Positions 58,598 through 64,000 of a stretch of 64,000 bases of DNA are shown piece after piece. The stretch lies in assembly GCA_963663665.2 (NCBI GenBank), contig CAXXKP010000006.1:294978-358977 (forward strand), read 5' to 3'. Each line of letters starts with the position of its first letter. Within the stretch, counting starts at the first letter, position 1. The notes below the pieces were generated by a model, which saw only the letters and a list, made by a program, of their open reading frames with translations, was not told the DNA's origin and did not search any database. Origin of the DNA: Sphaerochaetaceae bacterium (GTDB lineage Bacteria; Spirochaetota; Spirochaetia; Sphaerochaetales; Sphaerochaetaceae). The position numbers and the translations under genes were made by a program.

Positions 58598-59812
58598 TTA
58601 CACACTCTCCTTTAGATTCAAACTTTGTTGAATCTGATACAATTCCATATACTTCAGTATAGATTGATTCTGTTTTATTCTAACACGATAGATTTTTTTC
58701 ATATACGAAAATTCTAAAGTACTTTTTGCATTTATTATAATTGAAGTAATGTTCTTAAATTCAAAAATAATCTCCTTTTTGTCAAAATGAGCCAGTTTAT
58801 CTCTGAAAGAAATAACATTAAGAATGAAAGCATCTCGAGTAGCTGTTAGCTTAAAATCTTTACTTAGAAGTATAAGCTGTTTTGAAGTTGCATATTGAAA
58901 CAATACACCCTCGTCCTCTTGGAAAAGGGGAGTATGATCATGCGTTAAGATAAGTTGTTCTAATTCTGTCCTCTCCCACTGATGCCATGTAGCTATAGAA
59001 GGAAATGAAGGTGAATTTTCAAGTGCGTGTATTTCATCAAACTCATTTAATGCCCACTTTGAATGGCATGAACTGCATTCGAAATTTTTACCTGAACTGA
59101 CAATCGTTGAAAATTGGGAGCAAGAAGGGCACGTATAGAAAATATTCTCTATTCCTTCTGCCATTGTATCGCTCAGATAGGGTATTTGATTTTTCTGTTG
59201 CCACGATTCATAACTATGAACTAGATAAGAATTCACCAATTTTGAAATATAACCGACACTCTCTCCTTTAAAATCCTCTGGGTAAAGAACTTTAACCACA
59301 TGAAGGGTGAGTGGCCCTTTTCGACGTTGATAAGACCATCTTGGCCTCACTGCATAGGCTCCTTCAAATTGGAAAATCACAACAGGAACATTAAATAAAC
59401 GAATCAATTTTGCAGTCGCATCATTGATTGGAATGCTTTCACCATCCCAGGTTCTAGTGCCTTCTGGGAAAAAGCCTACAATCCCATTCTCAGCAAGGAC
59501 CTTCTTTATTCCGCGAATTGTATAAATATCTGGTTTACCTTGTTGCTTAGGTATCCCCTTTATCAATGAATCAAATACGTAATTAAGAAATCTATTTTTA
59601 AACAAATAGGCTCCCATTACCCAATGAATATGGAAAGAAGTAGAAGCCGATAAAAACATAGCATCGTAAGTGTGGGTATGATTCCCAATAACGAGAAACG
59701 GTCCTTTTTGGGGAATTTTCTCATATCCTTCACATTTTACACCCCAATGATGTAAAAGCCATTTACCGTAAGTAGGTCTCACTAATTTAATTAACCAAGG
59801 TGTTTTTGACAT
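58598..59812 (-). CDS. PlsC-family acyltransferase with C-terminal zinc-ribbon-containing domain
   Basis: H-x4-D motif (NHTHTYD), FPEGTR motif. C-terminal approximately 200 aa with CPSC...CSSC. Confidence 0.7.
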   Translation of the reverse strand: MSKTPWLIKLVRPTYGKWLLHHWGVKCEGYEKIPQKGPFLVIGNHTHTYDAMFLSASTSFHIHWVMGAYLFKNRFLNYVFDSLIKGIPKQQGKPDIYTIRGIKKVLAENGIVGFFPEGTRTWDGESIPINDATAKLIRLFNVPVVIFQFEGAYAVRPRWSYQRRKGPLTLHVVKVLYPEDFKGESVGYISKLVNSYLVHSYESWQQKNQIPYLSDTMAEGIENIFYTCPSCSQFSTIVSSGKNFECSSCHSKWALNEFDEIHALENSPSFPSIATWHQWERTELEQLILTHDHTPLFQEDEGVLFQYATSKQLILLSKDFKLTATRDAFILNVISFRDKLAHFDKKEIIFEFKNITSIIINAKSTLEFSYMKKIYRVRIKQNQSILKYMELYQIQQSLNLKESV

Positions 59813-59890
59813 AAACCATCCTTATTGTAAATAATATAACATAGTCTCATTTTAGTGTCTATTCAATACTTCAAGGCAAGAGTGAAAGTG

Positions 59891-60940
59891 TCAAAAAACG
59901 GTGAAAGGATATTCTCCAATCACGTTTTCAACAGTGTCGTCGATACACATTGGACTAGGAACAAAGACTGAGAAATCGGTATGAAACACTTCATTTACCC
60001 TCTCACCGAGTAGATAATCAAGATGAGATTCCTTTACATCATGTTCTCTCAAAGTTTGAATAAGCCTCAGAGTTCCTCCAAATCCCGGGATACCTGAAGC
60101 CCCTAGTAGTTTATCTTTCATTGTGTGAGGAGCATGGTCGCTCTCTATCCAGTCTATCGAACCGTTTAGTAGGCCATGAAAAACTGCCTTTTGATGTTCA
60201 ATTGACCTTAAAGGAGGATTTACTTTTGCGAGCAATCCTTTTGTATTCATTATTGATTCATTAAGAAGAGCGTGGTGTGCTGTTGCTCCACAGGTAATAT
60301 CCATCCCTTTACTTTTATGATAAGAAACCATTTCAATCGCATCTTTTGTTGAGATATGGCAAATATGTAAAGTTCCTTTAAATCCACTCTCCTTACAAAG
60401 AGTTATTTGTTTTTCTACAGAAGCAATTTCTGCCTCCACAGGGCGTGCATATGTATGCGAAATAGGATTTTCGAGATCGAACAGATCATTCTTTATAAAA
60501 GCCTCATCCTCACAGTGTACAGCAAGGACTCCTTTATATTGACTTCTTTTGAGAGCTTCATATACCTCTCTTAGAAGGTGTGAAGTAGTAATTCCCATAT
60601 GGCCTGTTGAATGTCCTGCGAAAAGCTTTAATCCAATGAGGTGTGGAAAAAGGTGCTCGTGTAACGTTACTAAGGTCTCTATTTGAGAAGGGTCACTTGT
60701 AATTCCTCCATAGACACAGTAGTTTATTTCAATATTCTGCTCACGTGCTATCTCCTTCGCACATTTTTGTCCTTCTTCAATACGTTTGGCAATAATGTGA
60801 GGAAATGTAAGGGCAGGAGAGGTATTCGGCATATCAAAAATAGTTGTGAACCCTGCGGTTGAAGCTACCATCAGAGCATGTTTAATTGTTTCTTTTTCCA
60901 ACTGGTCCCAATCCCTAGCATGTACATGTGGGTCTATCAT
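59891..60940 (-). CDS. pyrC: dihydroorotase-like amidohydrolase
   Basis: DPHVHARD, GLKLF (carboxylated-Lys region), HCED, HICHIS and ESDHAPH motifs. Lies in a pyr cluster. Confidence 0.75.
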   Translation of the reverse strand: MIDPHVHARDWDQLEKETIKHALMVASTAGFTTIFDMPNTSPALTFPHIIAKRIEEGQKCAKEIAREQNIEINYCVYGGITSDPSQIETLVTLHEHLFPHLIGLKLFAGHSTGHMGITTSHLLREVYEALKRSQYKGVLAVHCEDEAFIKNDLFDLENPISHTYARPVEAEIASVEKQITLCKESGFKGTLHICHISTKDAIEMVSYHKSKGMDITCGATAHHALLNESIMNTKGLLAKVNPPLRSIEHQKAVFHGLLNGSIDWIESDHAPHTMKDKLLGASGIPGFGGTLRLIQTLREHDVKESHLDYLLGERVNEVFHTDFSVFVPSPMCIDDTVENVIGEYPFTVF

Positions 60941-62688
60941 AATAAATCTGGAGCCTCCTTCACAATGTATTCATATGAAACAAATGTGCCCCATTGGCAA
61001 GTAAGACGATCACCACAAGCGCATTCACCGCACATCCCAATTCCACACATCGTATTTAGCTCTAATGAAAGATAAATATGAGAGGGGTCCATTTTCTTAA
61101 GGAGAAGTTGCTCTACTGCTTTTTTCATGAAAATACTAGGACCTACAATATAGGAACTAAAGGTTTCTTGATTATGAACTAGCTCCTGAATAGAAGAGAG
61201 AACCCTTCCAACTATACCGTTATCAGGAATGATTTGAACATCACTGTAGAGGGCAACTTCTTTTTCAATTACATTAAGAGAAGCCTCTCTCTTTTCACTC
61301 GTTCCAACAAGGGTCTGAACTTTCACTCCTTTTTCACTCAACTTCTTCGCAACAGGTGGAAGCACTGCAATACCGGTCCCACCGGCAATCAATAGTGAGT
61401 TCTCCCTTGGATCGATAATCACAGGAGCGCCATAAAGACCCCTTACATAAAGGCTCTCTCCAATAGACAGCTCACTTAGAGCTAATGTAACCTTACCTTT
61501 CACTTTGATAATAAAAGTTAAAGGGTTAGATTTTGCAATAGAGAATGGTTTTTCACCAATTGAAGGAAGCCAAAGAAAGACAAACTCGCCCCCATTGTAT
61601 TCTAACTCTCCGTCGAGAGTTAGGATAACAGTATCATGACCAATCTCTTCTTTGTGAATGAGAGTATGTTTCTTGTAGTCCATACTTCTCTCTCTTATCA
61701 TCACAGGAGAAATATGTATTAGTCGTTCCTCACCCTTTATGAGATGTATTGCATTATTTGTTAATTGTTCTGTGAATAGAGGCCAATCTTTTTGATGAAC
61801 TTTAGCAAACGCGGAGCCGATACCGACTACATCACTACCACTTTTGATCATTTCCACAAGATTCTCAGAACTACTCACTCCTCCCATACCGAGGAGAGGC
61901 ACTCTAGGTCCAATAGATTCTCTTACTTCTTTTATGCACTCGATTGCTCGAGAGAATATCCAATTGCCACTCATTCCCCCTTTACCACCGAGATTATTTT
62001 GCAAAATTGGAGTATGAGAATCCTCACACATGTGGACCTCGGGCCCTACAGTGTTAATAAGAGAGAGCCCATCTGCCCCTGAGGTAACAAGAGAAAGTGC
62101 GATTTCCCCGATATCATCAACATTAGGGGTGAGTTTTGGGAAAATTAGTGCATCAATCTCACCAACAGCCTCTCTAATACGCCTCATATATTCACTACTA
62201 ATAACTTTAGAACATCCAATACTAGAACCGTATCCACTCTCAGCATGAGGGCAACTGAAATTAAGCTCAATGATATCTGCAACTGGGTTAAACTTTTTAA
62301 TAAGAGTAATAAAATCTTCAATGCTACTAGCAGAGACTGAAACGTTAAGAAATGCTCTAAAGGAATGAGTTTCTCTTAACCTTTCTAAATCTCTATAGGC
62401 AGAGACCATCCCGGGATTTCTTAAGCCAACAGAGTTGCCAAAGCTGCCTTCTTCCATTTCGCATATTATTGGTTCTCTATTGCCATTGTTTGGAGAAACC
62501 TGGAAACTCTTAGTTGTAATAACGCTCATTTGCGGGAGATTTTGATCTACATACCGAACCAATTGTGGTTTTGTTGATAAAACGCCACTTACAGTTGAAA
62601 GAGAGATAAGAGAGGGGTTTAAAAGAATTCTTTTATGCCGTTGATAAAAGAATTCTTTGAGTGCTTGTTTCTTGTGCGTATAAGCCAT
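60937..62688 (-). CDS. fused dihydroorotate-dehydrogenase-family catalytic domain plus PyrK-like FAD/[2Fe-2S] electron-transfer domain
   Basis: N-terminal half: NSVGLRNPG, ELNFSCPH, GGMSG, GMGGV. C-terminal half: EKPFSIA, LLIAGGTGIA, CGIGMCGECAC. ATG 62688 overlaps the pyrF stop (TGATG). Confidence 0.75.
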   Translation of the reverse strand: MAYTHKKQALKEFFYQRHKRILLNPSLISLSTVSGVLSTKPQLVRYVDQNLPQMSVITTKSFQVSPNNGNREPIICEMEEGSFGNSVGLRNPGMVSAYRDLERLRETHSFRAFLNVSVSASSIEDFITLIKKFNPVADIIELNFSCPHAESGYGSSIGCSKVISSEYMRRIREAVGEIDALIFPKLTPNVDDIGEIALSLVTSGADGLSLINTVGPEVHMCEDSHTPILQNNLGGKGGMSGNWIFSRAIECIKEVRESIGPRVPLLGMGGVSSSENLVEMIKSGSDVVGIGSAFAKVHQKDWPLFTEQLTNNAIHLIKGEERLIHISPVMIRERSMDYKKHTLIHKEEIGHDTVILTLDGELEYNGGEFVFLWLPSIGEKPFSIAKSNPLTFIIKVKGKVTLALSELSIGESLYVRGLYGAPVIIDPRENSLLIAGGTGIAVLPPVAKKLSEKGVKVQTLVGTSEKREASLNVIEKEVALYSDVQIIPDNGIVGRVLSSIQELVHNQETFSSYIVGPSIFMKKAVEQLLLKKMDPSHIYLSLELNTMCGIGMCGECACGDRLTCQWGTFVSYEYIVKEAPDLL

Positions 62689-63581
62689 CAAATAGAGGTC
62701 TCCTCAAGTAATTTATCAATGTTTGAAATACATCTATCTAACCAAGAAGAAGGTGCTGGAGCAACCTTCCATGGATGAGTAAGTGAACTTGAACTATTGA
62801 TTCGTGCGAGGTTAAGAGGGTACTTAGCTTCACGTAAAGTATTGAGAGTCATCTGAGCACTCGCACCTTGTGAACCCACACCTGGAATAAGAAGTGGAAT
62901 CTCTAGTGGTGCATAATAAGTCGCAATTTCCTTAAGCTCATCAAGGTGAGTAGCTCCAACTACAGCGCCAATAGTACCATTCTTTTTAGCCCATGAAGCA
63001 ATTTTATGAGAAACAGCCATGTAAAGAGGATAGATCTCTTGTTCATCTACAGTATCTATAATCATCAGTTGTTGAAAATCTCTACCTCCAGGATTACTTG
63101 TTCTGTTTAGAACATAAACACCTTTCTCGTAATGACTTCCCTCCACAAAAGGGAGAACTGAATCGCTACCCATGTAAGGACTGACAGTTACAGAATCTGC
63201 TTTCCATACATCAAAGGCTTCTTGAGCGTAGTTAGCACTGCTTGTGGCAATATCACCTCTTTTCGAATCAAAGATAATTGGTATACTAGGGAAATGCAAA
63301 CTTAATAATTCAAAGATTCTAGAAAGGGCAAGGGACCCTTCAAAAGTACCTTCTCTTGGATTATCAAGGGCATGGTAATAGCCTACGTTTGGTTTGAATG
63401 CTGCTGGAGATAAATTGTATTTCACCATCGCATTGAAAAGTTCTTCAAAGTAATTAACAACATCTGCATAAATATCTCCACTGCGGTCTGGAAGAACTTC
63501 CCATTTCACATCAAGTCCCATACATGCACAATTCTTTACTTTAGATGCACTTTCTATGAGCATTTGTTTATAATTTGACAC
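62688..63581 (-). CDS. pyrF: orotidine-5'-phosphate decarboxylase (long, type 2)
   Basis: FDSKRGDI and PGVGSQG motifs. GTG start after AGAGGGA. Confidence 0.8.
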   Translation of the reverse strand: MSNYKQMLIESASKVKNCACMGLDVKWEVLPDRSGDIYADVVNYFEELFNAMVKYNLSPAAFKPNVGYYHALDNPREGTFEGSLALSRIFELLSLHFPSIPIIFDSKRGDIATSSANYAQEAFDVWKADSVTVSPYMGSDSVLPFVEGSHYEKGVYVLNRTSNPGGRDFQQLMIIDTVDEQEIYPLYMAVSHKIASWAKKNGTIGAVVGATHLDELKEIATYYAPLEIPLLIPGVGSQGASAQMTLNTLREAKYPLNLARINSSSSLTHPWKVAPAPSSWLDRCISNIDKLLEETSI

Positions 63582-63593
63582 TTTTTCCCTCTT

Positions 63594-64000
63594 TTATAAA
63601 AAATTATTCTTTTTTCCCCATCCAAATGGATCCATTCTCCATTCAACAAGAAGAGACATATCGTTCTCATCAAGATATCCTGCTTCATGTGCGGTTGCAA
63701 GCATAGACTCATAATCTAGTAGTGAAATTGATGTGCAAGTAGGCTTTAAAGAATCAAAGGCCTCCTTTGAAGCTCCAAGCTGGTAGGTAAATATTGATAA
63801 ACAATAAGGAACGAGTGCCCCTTCCTCTCTTAAAGCACTCACTGCGGCAATAGAGGATCCTCCTGTTGAGATAAGGTCTTCAATAAGAAGGACCTGTTTA
63901 CCTTGAAGTGTAAGAGAAGGTCCAATTCCTTCAATCTGATTTTTGAGTCCATGATCCTTTCCACTTGAGCGAACATAAATAAGTGGTAGTTGAAGTAAAT
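63594..64000 (-). CDS. pyrE: orotate phosphoribosyltransferase, C-terminal part (gene runs off right edge)
   Basis: Own translation upstream of the track ORF stays open to position 64000: ..YVRSSGKDHGLKNQIEG...GKQVLLIEDLISTGGSSI (PRPP-binding motif). Confidence 0.85.
   Translation of the reverse strand, partial: LLQLPLIYVRSSGKDHGLKNQIEGIGPSLTLQGKQVLLIEDLISTGGSSIAAVSALREEGALVPYCLSIFTYQLGASKEAFDSLKPTCTSISLLDYESMLATAHEAGYLDENDMSLLVEWRMDPFGWGKKNNFL

Noticed and set aside
1-64000. Search for CRISPR arrays, transposases/IS ends, prophage genes, toxin-antitoxin pairs or known defence genes.
   Set aside because: No repeat-spacer periodicity was found. No ORF has transposase, integrase, nuclease-helicase or small TA-pair features.

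Overview
AT-rich (by eye about 35-40% GC), densely coding chromosomal segment from a saccharolytic bacterium. I found no rRNA, CRISPR array, transposase, integrase or phage genes.

Content from left to right:
- Partial sugar kinase, MFS transporter and gamma-carbonic-anhydrase-like gene.
- LacI-controlled CUT1-type ABC and polyol/sugar-alcohol oxidation locus (2.8-11.3 kb).
- Mixed block of small metabolic, transporter and unknown genes (11.3-22.4 kb). It includes an unusual ~400-aa tandem NDK-fold protein, and an apparent operon of a DsrE-like protein plus two tandem paralogous secreted proteins.
- Transketolase.
- A polyferredoxin-like membrane protein with an anchored repeat protein.
- A sialic-acid-type locus: NanA-like lyase, AGE-family epimerase, Opp/Dpp-type ABC importer and a divergent GntR regulator.
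- An AraC/XylR-linked operon carrying a second NDK-fold paralogue, a mutarotase and a NadB/SdhA-like flavoprotein.
- An aldo-keto reductase.
- A ribose-type (CUT2) ABC operon with its own LacI and a perfect LacI/cre-type operator.
- A housekeeping block on the minus strand: pyrE-pyrF-pyrD/K fusion-pyrC, plsC-like, gltS-like, SMUG1-like UDG, ispE, spoVG, tRNA-Gln, rplY, pth, tilS, ftsH, lepA.

All three ABC binding proteins have signal peptides without a lipobox Cys (..AQGAQE-type). Together with the ispE-spoVG-ctc-pth-tilS-ftsH order, this suggests a diderm, possibly a Spirochaetota-like (Sphaerochaeta-type) organism. That is inference only.

Nothing resembles a known defence or mobile system. 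The most unusual items are:
- the duplicated tandem-NDK proteins;
- the DsrE-like plus tandem secreted-paralogue operon;
- the 4Fe-4S/repeat-protein pair;
- a 486-bp gene-poor gap with a terminator-flanked 49-codon ORF;
- a repeated near-palindromic motif overlapping a near-consensus promoter in the nan control region.

All family calls come from motif recognition by eye. No searches were run.
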